A DNA stretch of 64,000 nucleotides from an uncultured Gemmatimonadaceae bacterium (lineage in GTDB: Bacteria; Gemmatimonadota; Gemmatimonadetes; Gemmatimonadales; Gemmatimonadaceae), in contig CAVUDW010000002.1 in assembly GCA_963740355.1 (NCBI GenBank), positions 1,568,001-1,632,000 on the forward strand, given 5' to 3'. Below the pieces are notes generated by a model. The model saw only the letters and a list, made by a program, of their open reading frames with translations, had not been told where the DNA came from and searched no databases. Position numbers and translations under genes: made by a program. Positions 48,961 through 58,987 of the stretch are shown here, piece by piece (position 1 is the first letter of the stretch; each line of letters starts with the position of its first letter).

Positions 48961-50411
48961 TGCGCAGACTCGTGATCGTGATTCGTGAGAGGCTGTGGGG
49001 CATTGGTCTGCTGACGCTGGCGGGCTGTGTGGCGCCGACCATGGCTCCTACACCGAAAGTGGCGGCCGTACCGGCGTCATTTGGCGTCGCTGGGCAAACG
49101 GCGCGCAGCGGCGACAGTGTGAGTTCAGGTGACATCGCCTGGCGCACGTTCTTCGAGGACACGACGCTCGTTGCACTGATCGACACGGCGGTTCACAACA
49201 ATCCGGAGCTGCTGGCCACGTTGCAGGAAGTCGAGATGGCGCGCTTCGAGGTGCAATCGGTGCGAGGGCGACTATTGCCGCAGGTCTCGCTGGCGGCAGG
49301 CCTCGGTGTGGAGAAGAGTGCGCGATACACCTCCGAAGGCGCCGGCAACGCGTCGACGGACATCACCGACGGCAGGAGGGTGCCGGAGCCGCTGACGGAT
49401 CTCAGCCTCGGGTTCGTGGCGGGGTGGGAAGCGGATATTCGTGGGAAGATCCGGAGCCAGAAAGGCGCGGCGCTCTCACGGTATCTGGCGACCGTCGAGG
49501 GCAGCCGGTACGTGAAGACGGGGCTCGTCGCTGAAGTGACGAACAGTTACTACGAGCTGGAAGCGCTCGACGCCAAGCTGGCGATCGTTCGGCAGAGCAT
49601 CGTGCTGCAGCGCAGCGCGTTGACGGCGGTGCGGGCCCAGCGCGAAGCGGCGGTGGTGAGCGAACTCGCGGTACAGCAATTCTCGGCGCTGCTGCTCAAT
49701 GCGGAGGCACTGGAGTACGAGTTGCTGCAGCAGATCAAGGAGGTGGAGAACCGGCTCAACCTGCTGCTCGGTCGTTACCCGCAGGTGGTTTCGCGCGGCC
49801 ACGTCGACTCGACGTCGGCGCTGCGCCCGCTCGTGCATGGCCTCCCATCGCACTTGCTCGAGAATCGGCCGGACATCAAGGCCGCGGAGTGGGCGCTGCA
49901 GGCTGCGCATTTCGATGTGAAGGCCGCGCGGGCCGAGTTTTTTCCCGGGGTCAATCTCAGCGCGGGGCTTGGCGTGCGCGCGTTCAAGCCAAGCCTTCTG
50001 TTCACCATCCCTGAGTCGATGGCGTATGCACTGGGTGGTGATCTGATGGCACCGCTGTTCAATCGCCGCGCCATCAAGGCCGAGTATGGGCTGGCCAGCG
50101 CGGCGCAGCAGCAGGCGCTGCAGAATTACCGGCGCAGCATTCTCGGGGGGGTGACGGAGGTTGCCACACTCATGTCGGCGCTCGACAATCTCGAGCACGT
50201 GTACAGCTTCAAGTCGCAGCAGGCGGCGGCGCTCGATCGATCCACTGGCATTGCGGGGCAACTCTTTGCGTCGGCCCGCGCAAACTATCTCGAGGTGCTC
50301 ACGGCGCAGCGTGAGGCGTTGGACGTGAAGCTGGAGCTGGTGGAGACACGGCTAAGGCAGCAGGTCGCGATGACCAATCTGTATCGAGCACTCGGGGGTG
50401 GGTGGAAGTAG
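48957..50411 (+). CDS. Outer-membrane efflux factor (TolC/OprM/NodT family)
   Basis: Lipobox LAGC; WEADIRGK, LLENRPDI and LYRALGGGW. Confidence 0.94.
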   Translation: MMRRLVIVIRERLWGIGLLTLAGCVAPTMAPTPKVAAVPASFGVAGQTARSGDSVSSGDIAWRTFFEDTTLVALIDTAVHNNPELLATLQEVEMARFEVQSVRGRLLPQVSLAAGLGVEKSARYTSEGAGNASTDITDGRRVPEPLTDLSLGFVAGWEADIRGKIRSQKGAALSRYLATVEGSRYVKTGLVAEVTNSYYELEALDAKLAIVRQSIVLQRSALTAVRAQREAAVVSELAVQQFSALLLNAEALEYELLQQIKEVENRLNLLLGRYPQVVSRGHVDSTSALRPLVHGLPSHLLENRPDIKAAEWALQAAHFDVKAARAEFFPGVNLSAGLGVRAFKPSLLFTIPESMAYALGGDLMAPLFNRRAIKAEYGLASAAQQQALQNYRRSILGGVTEVATLMSALDNLEHVYSFKSQQAAALDRSTGIAGQLFASARANYLEVLTAQREALDVKLELVETRLRQQVAMTNLYRALGGGWK

Positions 50412-50446
50412 GTGTTGGGCCGCAGTTTGTCGGCGCAGCGTGCGTT

Positions 50447-50487
50447 GGGCGGCAGAGATCGTGATCGGTTCACGACCTCTGCCCCCC
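50447..50487. repeat. REP family A-like hairpin between convergent genes
   Basis: GGCAGAGATCGTGA-TCGGT-TCACGACCTCTGCC. Confidence 0.6.
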
Positions 50488-50534
50488 CCTCAGTGCACGT
50501 CGATCAGCGAGTCAGCCGTGCAACAGTCGGACAC

Positions 50535-52517
50535 TCAGGGCCGCACAGTGAGTTCGACGGTCGACACGCTCGCGCCGAGTGCCGACGTTCCATCGTGCAT
50601 CACCGAGATGGTGTGTATGCCCGCTGTGAGCGAGATCGCGGGAAAGGTCACCCGACCGGCAGCGTCGGCTATGACAGTGCCGCCGGCGATTGGTTGGTTG
50701 TCGACGACCAGTCGGAGGGGGCCGACGATGGGACCACTGAGCGGCGGTGCCAGTGACAGCACGGCACTTACCGTGATCTGTTGTTGTGACGTTGCGCCAC
50801 TCGGCGAAATCGTGGTCGTCACCTGCGTGGGCGTGCGCCCGGGGCTTGGTGTGAAGGTGATGACTGCGCGGCCGTCGCCCACGTTCACACCGGTTGCGAA
50901 GTTGGCGCCCTGTGGGCCGTAGCTGCTGCCTCCGCCGCCGCCGGCGCCTGACTGAGGATATTCCCACGACGGGCCTCCGCCACCGCCCGCAAACCAGCCA
51001 CCGCCGCCGCCACCTCCGCCGGCGCCTCGACGAACGTGACCGACGTTCAGCGGGTTGTTGTCCGAGCCACCGTTGCCGCCGCCATTCAGGAGTGTGCCTG
51101 CATCGCCTGGCGTGAGGTACTTCGCGACACCGGCACTCGAACTCGCGCCGCCCGTGCCGTACGTGGTTTGCGTACCGGGATTTCCGCCGGTGGCAGACGA
51201 ATACACGAAGCCTTCCGTGACGTAGGAGAGCCCATCAGCACCGCGTGACGCCGACAGCCCACCGTCACCGCCGCGGGCGCCTGGGTCGTCGACTACGAAC
51301 GTCGTGCTCACTGCATCGAAGAGCCTGATGCTCGGCCCGCCGTCGCCACCCCCGCCACCAGCCACGAGAATGCGCCCGTGCAAGCCGGGGGCGTTGATCA
51401 GGTTCGGCACACCGCGTCGAACATCAGTCGCGCCACCGCCTGAGCGTCCATCGCGGTAGAGGATTGCAATGGTGTCCGCGATGAGTGCGCGATACGCCCC
51501 GCCGTCGCCGCCGCGGCCGCCGCCATTGGAGGCGTTGACGCGGTTTCCGGCCCCACCGAGACGGATCTGCAACTGCTCACCAGGAAAGACCTGAATCGTG
51601 GCTGTCGTGCGACCGCCCTTTCCACCAAGCCCTGCGCCCGCGTTGCCACCGCCCGATGCCCCATACAGATCGAAGGTCGCCTGGTACACATCCGCTGGCA
51701 CGGTCCAGATGTTGATTCCGGAGATGCCGCAGTTGCCCGGGAGCGAGCATGTCGGGCCGAGCTTCGTCAGCGTGATCATCGTTTCTTGTGCGCTGGCACC
51801 TGCCAGTACCGCATAGCTGCTGAACGACCCTGTCGGTCCTGTGACTGTGCGCGCCACTGTGTCTACGCTGCTGCCTGGCACCTCGATCCACGCGCCACTG
51901 GTGAGACGGTGCAGCCTGAGTGTCGTCGCGGATGCACCCGTCGGGAGGCTGCCCGCCTCGTACCGCAGCGCCAGCGTGACGGGTGATGCGAACGTACCGC
52001 TTGGTCCGAACTCGAAGGCCGTACCGGTGACCAGTCGCGCATCGGCGACGGGAGTCGTGATTCGTGAAATGCTTATTGGTCGATCGGTGGAGAGCGCGCC
52101 GGCCGGGATCGTGACGCGAGCAGCACCGCCGACAAATGAAGCCGAACCGCCAGCGGCGCCTACGACCGCACCGTCGAGTACTGTCACGGTCGCCGTGTCC
52201 GCCTTGCCATCGACGCTGGCAATCACCGTGGCACTGCCGGGCCCAACTCCGGTCACGAGGCCACCGGACACCGAGGCGACGGAAGCCGAACTACTCGTCC
52301 AGGTAATCGCGCGCCCGGTAAGGCTGGCACCACTCTGGTCGAGGGCCTGTGCCGTCAGTTGACGCGTTTGTGCCGCGACGAGGGTTGCCGTGTCGCTCAC
52401 CAGCGCGACGCGAGTCACCGTGGTTGGCGACGGGGGCGGCGGCGTCGTGGGTTCTGACCCGCCGCCACCACAGGCGGCGAGCAGGAGGGCGGTGATCAGG
52501 ATCTGAACGCGGGACAT
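50535..52517 (-). CDS. Surface lipoprotein: Big_2 + ZU5-like + glycine-rich domain + Ig-like C-terminal domain
   Basis: Lipobox LAAC; WTSSSASVASVSGG; IPAGAL...FGPSG.F..PV; YGASGG...GGGATDVR...ILVAGGGGG...GGGGGSSY. Confidence 0.75.
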   Translation of the reverse strand: MSRVQILITALLLAACGGGGSEPTTPPPPSPTTVTRVALVSDTATLVAAQTRQLTAQALDQSGASLTGRAITWTSSSASVASVSGGLVTGVGPGSATVIASVDGKADTATVTVLDGAVVGAAGGSASFVGGAARVTIPAGALSTDRPISISRITTPVADARLVTGTAFEFGPSGTFASPVTLALRYEAGSLPTGASATTLRLHRLTSGAWIEVPGSSVDTVARTVTGPTGSFSSYAVLAGASAQETMITLTKLGPTCSLPGNCGISGINIWTVPADVYQATFDLYGASGGGNAGAGLGGKGGRTTATIQVFPGEQLQIRLGGAGNRVNASNGGGRGGDGGAYRALIADTIAILYRDGRSGGGATDVRRGVPNLINAPGLHGRILVAGGGGGDGGPSIRLFDAVSTTFVVDDPGARGGDGGLSASRGADGLSYVTEGFVYSSATGGNPGTQTTYGTGGASSSAGVAKYLTPGDAGTLLNGGGNGGSDNNPLNVGHVRRGAGGGGGGGGWFAGGGGGPSWEYPQSGAGGGGGSSYGPQGANFATGVNVGDGRAVITFTPSPGRTPTQVTTTISPSGATSQQQITVSAVLSLAPPLSGPIVGPLRLVVDNQPIAGGTVIADAAGRVTFPAISLTAGIHTISVMHDGTSALGASVSTVELTVRP

Positions 52518-52680
52518 GTGATGGCTCCGGTGAATGGGGGCGATGTCCAGTCACGCGCAGAGGTGCCGGATTCTCTCTCACCGTGCGGTCTGGCCTCCTG
52601 CCGCGTGCGCCGCGATCCGACGTACTTTGTGCGCATCGAGCCGCATCGCACTGCCTGACCGTTCGCCACCCGGAGCCCGT

Positions 52681-54357
52681 GTGCGCCGTCCGTCCCGCAT
52701 CACACTGTCGTTCGTCGCCGCAATCGGCTGTTGCCTCGCGCAAGCTGCTCACGCCCAGCGTAACGCGTCCATGGCTGGGCGCTCGACGGTGTATGCGCCG
52801 TCCGGCATGGTCGCCACCAGCCAGCCCCTGGCGTCGGCGGCCGGACTGGAAGTGCTTCGGACCGGGGGCAACGCCATTGACGCCGCCGTCGCTGCCGCCG
52901 CCGTGCTGAGTGTCACCGAACCGCACATGACGGGGATCGGTGGCGATATGTTCGCGATCGTCTGGCTGGCGAAAGAGCAGCGCCTGGTTGCGCTCAATGC
53001 CAGTGGGCGCGCCGGTTCGTTGATGACACGCGAAACGCTCACCGCTCGCGGCTTCAGGCCGGGATCACAGCAAGGCGTGCTCTCGGTCACCGTGCCAGGC
53101 GCGTTGGCTGGCTGGGAGAAACTCGTTCGCACTTACGGGAAGCGCACCTTCGCCGCCGCGTTGCAGCCAGCCATTCGGTACGCGCGGGATGGATTCCCCG
53201 TCACGCCGATCATCGCCGAGCAATGGGCGGCCGAAACCGCGCTGCTACAGAAGGACTCTGCTGCGGCAGCGACATTCCTGCCGGGAGGGAAGGCGCCGCG
53301 CGCGGGCGACTGGTTCGTCAATCGTGATTACGCCACGACGCTTCAGACGATTGCCCGCGATGGCATAGCGACCTTCTATGGTGGCCCGCTCGGTCGACGC
53401 ATCGTGGCACGCCTCGCCGCCCTCGATGGGCTGGTCACGAACGACGACATGCGTCGCAACGCACCTTCGTGGGTGACGCCGATCTCGGTGCCGTTCAAGG
53501 GCTATCGCGTCTGGGAGTTGCCACCGAACAACCAGGGCATCGCCGCGCTCGAAATGCTGCGCATCCTCGAGACGTATGACCTGAAGGCAATGGGTCACAA
53601 TTCGGCGCCATATCTGCACCACCTGATCGAGGCGAAGAAGCTGGCCTATGCCGACCTCGATCGGTTCGTGGGTGACGCGGATCATCTCGATATGCCGGCG
53701 GGGAACATGCTCACCGACGCATTCATCGCCGAGCGGCGCGGGCACCTCGATGCGGGCAAGGCGCAGCCGCGCGTCGATCCCGGCCCGCTTCGGACTGCCA
53801 GCGAAACCATCTATCTCACGACGGCCGACGCCGAGGGGAACATGGTGTCGCTGATCAACTCCAACTACGACGCATTTGGCTCAGGCATCGTGGTGCCTGG
53901 CACCGGTTTCGCACTGCACAATCGTGGGGCGGGGTTCACACTCACTCCTGGTCTGCCGAACACTGTTGCGCCGGGCAAGCGGCCGTTTCACACGCTGATT
54001 CCGGGGTTCGTGACGCGCACCGACGGCGCGCGCGAGCAGCCCTACATGAGCTTCGGGTTGATGGGTGGAGGCATGCAGGCGCAGGGTCATGTGCAATTCC
54101 TGCTCAACCACCTCGTGTTCGGGATGGACGTGCAGCAGAGCATCGACGCAGCGCGGTTCCGTCATCTCGATGGGCAACGGGTCGCGATCGAGACGCCGGT
54201 AGGTGATGGCGTGCGCTCCGCACTCACCGCGATGGGGCATCAGCTGGTGGATGAGCGGCCGGTGTCATTCGGCGGCGCGCAGGCGATCGTGCGGCTGGCG
54301 CGAGGGTATTCGGCGGGGAGTGATCCGCGGAAGGATGGGATGGCGGTGGGGTACTGA
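52681..54357 (+). CDS. ggt: Gamma-glutamyltransferase
   Basis: GGNAIDAAVA, GIGGD, nucleophile Thr in ETIYL, KRPFHTLIP, MQAQGH and SDPRKDG. Confidence 0.95.
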   Translation: MRRPSRITLSFVAAIGCCLAQAAHAQRNASMAGRSTVYAPSGMVATSQPLASAAGLEVLRTGGNAIDAAVAAAAVLSVTEPHMTGIGGDMFAIVWLAKEQRLVALNASGRAGSLMTRETLTARGFRPGSQQGVLSVTVPGALAGWEKLVRTYGKRTFAAALQPAIRYARDGFPVTPIIAEQWAAETALLQKDSAAAATFLPGGKAPRAGDWFVNRDYATTLQTIARDGIATFYGGPLGRRIVARLAALDGLVTNDDMRRNAPSWVTPISVPFKGYRVWELPPNNQGIAALEMLRILETYDLKAMGHNSAPYLHHLIEAKKLAYADLDRFVGDADHLDMPAGNMLTDAFIAERRGHLDAGKAQPRVDPGPLRTASETIYLTTADAEGNMVSLINSNYDAFGSGIVVPGTGFALHNRGAGFTLTPGLPNTVAPGKRPFHTLIPGFVTRTDGAREQPYMSFGLMGGGMQAQGHVQFLLNHLVFGMDVQQSIDAARFRHLDGQRVAIETPVGDGVRSALTAMGHQLVDERPVSFGGAQAIVRLARGYSAGSDPRKDGMAVGY

Positions 54358-54476
54358 GGATTCGATTTCGCTACCTACCACAGAACTCGTGGTGGGAGGT
54401 GTGATCGGCGAACGCTTCTCTCGCGCCGGGTCTCTCACCACGAAACATCAAGTCGCTTCCACGGCACGCGTCGAAC

Positions 54477-54863
54477 TCACTGCCCCTTGGCGCGCACCGA
54501 GTCGTACCGCATGCCGAGGTTGCGTGAGTCGCCGCCGCGGATATCAACCTTGAGCACTGCCGTCTTTTCGGACCTGTTCGAAAAGACCGCCATCTCGCGC
54601 GACTGAAATTCGGCCTCGATCGTGGAATCGGGAGCGAGCACTATCACCGGTCGGCGGGTCCCGCCCGCGTCGACGAAGACCTCCACTGGCACGGCGCCGG
54701 TATTCTTCACCGTCGCGCTGAACCGTCCGGCCTGCCCACCACCGAGGAGGAACGACTGGCCGGCACCGATTGACGTTTCGCTGTGCAAGCTGCTCCAACT
54801 TGCGCAGGCGGCCGATGTGGCGAGGACGGCGATGAGGCGGGTCCAGCGGTGGGTGATCGACAT
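54477..54863 (-). CDS. Hypothetical exported protein
   Basis: Signal-like N-terminus and beta-rich body; GGAG RBS. Confidence 0.6.
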   Translation of the reverse strand: MSITHRWTRLIAVLATSAACASWSSLHSETSIGAGQSFLLGGGQAGRFSATVKNTGAVPVEVFVDAGGTRRPVIVLAPDSTIEAEFQSREMAVFSNRSEKTAVLKVDIRGGDSRNLGMRYDSVRAKGQ

Positions 54864-55012
54864 GGCCTTAAGCTCCGCAGTGTTTCGGTGTCTGGCGATT
54901 GACCTGCTGCAGACCTGTTCGTGTAATCGCCGACAATGGATGCAGGCCGGGCGACGACGCACATCTCGACCGGCGGATCGGCCGCCCGCGCAGTATTTCA
55001 ATGCGAGTAAGT

Positions 55013-55054
55013 CATGCGGGGCGTGCGCCGTAGAAACAGCGCACGCCCCGCATG
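55013..55054 (-). terminator. Stem-loop downstream of the fasciclin gene
   Basis: Perfect 16-bp stem CATGCGGGGCGTGCGC / GCGCACGCCCCGCATG with a 10-nt loop; weak U-tract. Confidence 0.6.
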
Positions 55055-55074
55055 GTCACCGCTGGAGCCGTGAA

Positions 55075-55989
55075 TTACGGCAGCAACACCCGGTCAATCA
55101 CATGAATGACGCCGTTCTTGGCGACGATGTCAGCCGGCCCGACTGTCGCAGTGTTCGACGGACCAGCCACGGTGATCGTGCCACCGGTGATGCCGACGGT
55201 CAACTGCGGCCCCTGCAGCGTGGTCAGCTTCTGACCGTTGGTCAGGCCACTCGAGAGCGCGCGCGCGCCGATCACGTGCAGCTTGAGCACGTTGCCGAGG
55301 GTCGTGGTGTTGGTCGGAGCGCCGCCGGGGATCGCGGCAAATGCCGCGTTGGTCGGTGCGAAGACCGTCAAGCCGGCTGTGCCACCGCCGCGCAATGCGG
55401 TCACGAGATCTGCGGCGGCGACCGCGCCCACCAGCGAGGAGAAGCCGCGAATGGTGGCCTGATCCACGATGTCCAACGAGCCGAGCAACACACCGTCGAT
55501 CAGGTGCACCACGCCATTCGATGCGGCGATGTCAGCCGAGGTGACCGTTGCGCCGCCAACCTTCACCACGCCTGCCGCAATCGACACGGTGAGTTGCGTG
55601 CCTTCGACCGTCGTCAGCACCTGACCGTTGGTCAGGTCCGCTGCGCGGAAGCGACCAGACACGACATGGTAGCCGAGCAGCTTGGTCAGGATCGCGGCAT
55701 TGCCACTCGCGAGCAGATTGTCCACGACACCGGCCGGCAGGGCGGTGAAGGCACTGTTCACCGGTGCGAACACGGTGAAGGGCCCGGCGCCATTGAGCGT
55801 GGCCGTCAAGCCTGCCTGTGTCAGCGCCGCCGTCAGCGTGGACAGCGAAGCCGTCGTCGCGGCGGTCTGCGTGATGGTCACTGGGGTCGGCTCAGTGCTG
55901 GAATTGCTGTCGCACGCTGCCGTTCCGAACAGGGCCAGCGAGAGCGACGTCGCCGCGAAGGCACGACGCGTGAGGGAATTGATGTTCAT
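55075..55989 (-). CDS. Tandem fasciclin (FAS1) domain lipoprotein
   Basis: Two copies of TVFAP.N.AF and (A/K)NGV(V/I)H.ID.VL; lipobox AAC. Confidence 0.93.
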   Translation of the reverse strand: MNINSLTRRAFAATSLSLALFGTAACDSNSSTEPTPVTITQTAATTASLSTLTAALTQAGLTATLNGAGPFTVFAPVNSAFTALPAGVVDNLLASGNAAILTKLLGYHVVSGRFRAADLTNGQVLTTVEGTQLTVSIAAGVVKVGGATVTSADIAASNGVVHLIDGVLLGSLDIVDQATIRGFSSLVGAVAAADLVTALRGGGTAGLTVFAPTNAAFAAIPGGAPTNTTTLGNVLKLHVIGARALSSGLTNGQKLTTLQGPQLTVGITGGTITVAGPSNTATVGPADIVAKNGVIHVIDRVLLP

Positions 55990-56052
55990 GTCGCGTATGT
56001 CGAGTAGAGGAAAGGGTCCGTCGTCACGATTCGTGACGTGGTCGCTTCCAGA

Positions 56053-56080
56053 GAACACGCGACACGCGATGCATGACTAG
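56053..56080 (-). promoter_or_regulatory. Putative ECF-sigma promoter of the fasciclin gene
   Basis: Minus strand CTAGTCATGC-N10-GCGTGTTC, matching the motif upstream of the ECF sigma gene. Confidence 0.65.
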
Positions 56081-56191
56081 TCCGCGCAAGTACAAGATGG
56101 ATGGATCGCATCCGAGCCGGACACGATCCGCTGTCTCGTCGCGCGTGATGTGTCGTGCACTCGCGCCCAACCTGTCTCGGCGGCTTGGCCG

Positions 56192-58987
56192 TCACGGCGC
56201 AATGCGCAGTGTCAATGCGAACTGCCGCGCAGGCAGGTAGCGGGGAACCATGCGCAGTTCGCTGCCGCCCGGCGTGACGCGCTGCAGACCAAAGTCGAGC
56301 ACATTGCGTCGGTCGAAGAGATTCTGCAGCGACGCACCGATCGCAACATGCGTCGCGCCGATCGCTCGCGTCCACGTGGCACCGAGATCGGCGTCCACGA
56401 TGGCCGGTCGTGCCATCGTACCCGGCGCATCGAGCGCCAGGTCGGTATTCGACTGCGAGGCGCCGAACAGGTCGTAGAATGTCTGCCGAAGTGCCCAGCT
56501 CCGTCCCCAGACGCCGCGCGTGCGCGCCGCGATCACCAATCCGTGCGCGGGCTCCACTTCGACGGCGAGAAGCGCGCGCAGTGGTTCGAGCCAGGGGGGC
56601 GGCTGCATCGTGCCGCCGAAACGCGAGGGATACGTGCGACGCGCCACGCCGCCGTCCACACTCAGCGCGAGTCGCGCGGGCCACGTGCGCACCCGGCCGT
56701 CTCGCAAGGCGCGCACCCCGGCACCGGCCGCATATCCTCTCGCCCGCTGTGCGTAGCGACTCGAAGACAACGGCGCCGCGGCCGCGGTGCTGTCGAAGAG
56801 CGCGCCGTAGTCAAACGCGAGCAGTACGGGCTGCCACTTCCCGTATAGTTCACCGCGCAGTTCCCATCCATTCCACGGGCGCGCTGTACCCTCGAATGCG
56901 GCATGCCATGCCTGCGGAACGCCGGTGGTGGAATTTGCCGGCAACCAGAAGCGAACACTTGGCACCAGTGCCACCGGCATCGTGGTTGCCACGTCGAACT
57001 GGTTGACGAACTGATGGTAGCCGCCCGCCGACAGTCGCCAGGCATACGTGCCGAGCGTCGAGTGATCACCATCTGCCCGCATCGCGAGGCGTGGTTCGGC
57101 ATAGCGACCACCCCCGGCGAGCGCAGTGATGCGAACACCAAGGTCGAGCCAGTGCCGACTGCCAAGCTGTCGCGTCGCTTCGCTCCACACTGTTCCACGC
57201 GATTCGATCATCGTGGCATCGAGCGGACGAAGCACCGTGTTGGCGAGACGCATGTGTGCCGACGTACGCGTTGCCTCGCCGCCCCAGCGCAGCTCCCAGT
57301 TTGCCGACCCGGCGCGCGTCCACTCCGCACTGAGCGCTGCCTCACGCAGCGTGTCCCCTTCGGCGCCAACCATGTTGCCACCGGCGCCACCGTCGAGCCG
57401 CAACCACCCATCATGACCGAGATCGTGCTGCAGGGCGCGAAGTTGAATCGTCTGCGTCACACGGGAACCAAGCAACATCGTGTGACGCCCCTGAATGGAC
57501 TGGGTGCGCCACGAATAAGCATCCCGTGACTGCAGGCCAGTTGCGACAGGGTCGCGCGCGAGCGCCTCAGTCGCAATGCCGTGGCGTCCGCGATACGCGG
57601 ATACGTCGAGACGCTGAAAGTCCCCGAATTCCGCTCGAACCGCCGCATGGTACTCCTGCAAGTCGATCCGCGTCTCGGCGGCAGGCACCTGAAGTGTGGA
57701 ACCGTCACGCCCTGCACTCGTCGACGTGCTGTTCGCTCCGGTCAGGCGCTCGATCAGCACCGCGTCAGGCGCATTCCAGTCCCGGAACGCACGCGAGAGC
57801 GAGGACGGAGCCGACCATGACCACAAGCCACCGCGCGCGGCAACCATCGAGCGCAGTCGCACGTCGCCCACCGTGAGTGGAGCGGTGATGCGTGCCGAGA
57901 CCGCCAGTGGATCCACCTCGACGACCGTGGATGGCCGCGTGGACGCCTGATCGCCGAAGGAGTGCGTGAGGTCGATGACGCCAGCGGTGAACGAACCTTC
58001 GCGTGCGCCGAAACCTGCCCGGCGCACGGTGACCTGCTCGATTGCCGGTGCTGCGACACTCCCCAGAAGCCCCGACAGCATGGAGGCATCGTAGAGTGGA
58101 ACGCCGTCCAGCCGCCACGGGAACTCGCCAACCTCGCCACCCTGCACGTGCAGGTCACCCGTACCATCACGACGCGATACGCCCAGCAGGACGGGGGCGC
58201 CCGGCAGGAAGAACGCCGGCGCGCGAAGCCAGAGGGACGCTGCCGAGTCGGCGAGGCGCTGGGCACCGAGTCCCGCGCTCACATCTGGCGCGATGCCGTT
58301 GATGATGATGGGTGTCGGCAGTGCGTCGAGCCGTTCCAATACGAATCTTCGGCGTTCCCGACCCGCCGGAATGAGTTCGAGCTGGCCGCGCCACGGGCGA
58401 TATCCGATTGCCTGAACGAACACCGCGTAGCGGCCGGGCAACAGGCGCTCGAACGCAAACTCTCCGGACGTGCCCGCGAATCGGGACGCGACAGATTCTG
58501 CGAGGCCGATGCGCGCCGATGGAACCGGCGACAGCGTTGCGGCGTCGAGCACGACTCCAGACAGACTTGCAAATGCCGCGGGCCGCTCTGCGCGATCGAC
58601 GACGACGTAGGTGCCTGACGACAGCCGGTACCAATCAAGCCCCGCCTCGCGCGTGATGCAGTCGAGCACGCGTTCCGCATTGGCATCACGGAGGCGGCAC
58701 GAGATGCGCGCCGGCGCCCGACGGAGCGAGTCCGCCGAGTGTGCGAGGTCACCACCCCAGACCAGGCTCATTCCGCTCAGCGTCGCCAGTTGTTCGAGTG
58801 CGTCAGTGACCTGCACTCCGACAAAGGCCACCGTCACGTTGCGGATCGGCTCCGTGCGTACAGCCTCGACTCGCGCAGGTGCCTGGGCACCGGTCGATCG
58901 GAGCGGCGCGAACAGCGACAACGACAGCAGCACTGCGCACATGCTGAGTCGACGCGCAGGTCTGCGACACTTCACACGAGCGTTCAC
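56192..58987 (-). CDS. TonB-dependent receptor/transducer with N-terminal signalling (STN-like) extension
   Basis: Signal peptide; STN-like ALEQLATLSG..LV..; carboxypeptidase-like domain; plug LDGVP...GVIDL; barrel with EPRL and LQNLFDRRN. Confidence 0.8.
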   Translation of the reverse strand: MNARVKCRRPARRLSMCAVLLSLSLFAPLRSTGAQAPARVEAVRTEPIRNVTVAFVGVQVTDALEQLATLSGMSLVWGGDLAHSADSLRRAPARISCRLRDANAERVLDCITREAGLDWYRLSSGTYVVVDRAERPAAFASLSGVVLDAATLSPVPSARIGLAESVASRFAGTSGEFAFERLLPGRYAVFVQAIGYRPWRGQLELIPAGRERRRFVLERLDALPTPIIINGIAPDVSAGLGAQRLADSAASLWLRAPAFFLPGAPVLLGVSRRDGTGDLHVQGGEVGEFPWRLDGVPLYDASMLSGLLGSVAAPAIEQVTVRRAGFGAREGSFTAGVIDLTHSFGDQASTRPSTVVEVDPLAVSARITAPLTVGDVRLRSMVAARGGLWSWSAPSSLSRAFRDWNAPDAVLIERLTGANSTSTSAGRDGSTLQVPAAETRIDLQEYHAAVRAEFGDFQRLDVSAYRGRHGIATEALARDPVATGLQSRDAYSWRTQSIQGRHTMLLGSRVTQTIQLRALQHDLGHDGWLRLDGGAGGNMVGAEGDTLREAALSAEWTRAGSANWELRWGGEATRTSAHMRLANTVLRPLDATMIESRGTVWSEATRQLGSRHWLDLGVRITALAGGGRYAEPRLAMRADGDHSTLGTYAWRLSAGGYHQFVNQFDVATTMPVALVPSVRFWLPANSTTGVPQAWHAAFEGTARPWNGWELRGELYGKWQPVLLAFDYGALFDSTAAAAPLSSSRYAQRARGYAAGAGVRALRDGRVRTWPARLALSVDGGVARRTYPSRFGGTMQPPPWLEPLRALLAVEVEPAHGLVIAARTRGVWGRSWALRQTFYDLFGASQSNTDLALDAPGTMARPAIVDADLGATWTRAIGATHVAIGASLQNLFDRRNVLDFGLQRVTPGGSELRMVPRYLPARQFALTLRIAP

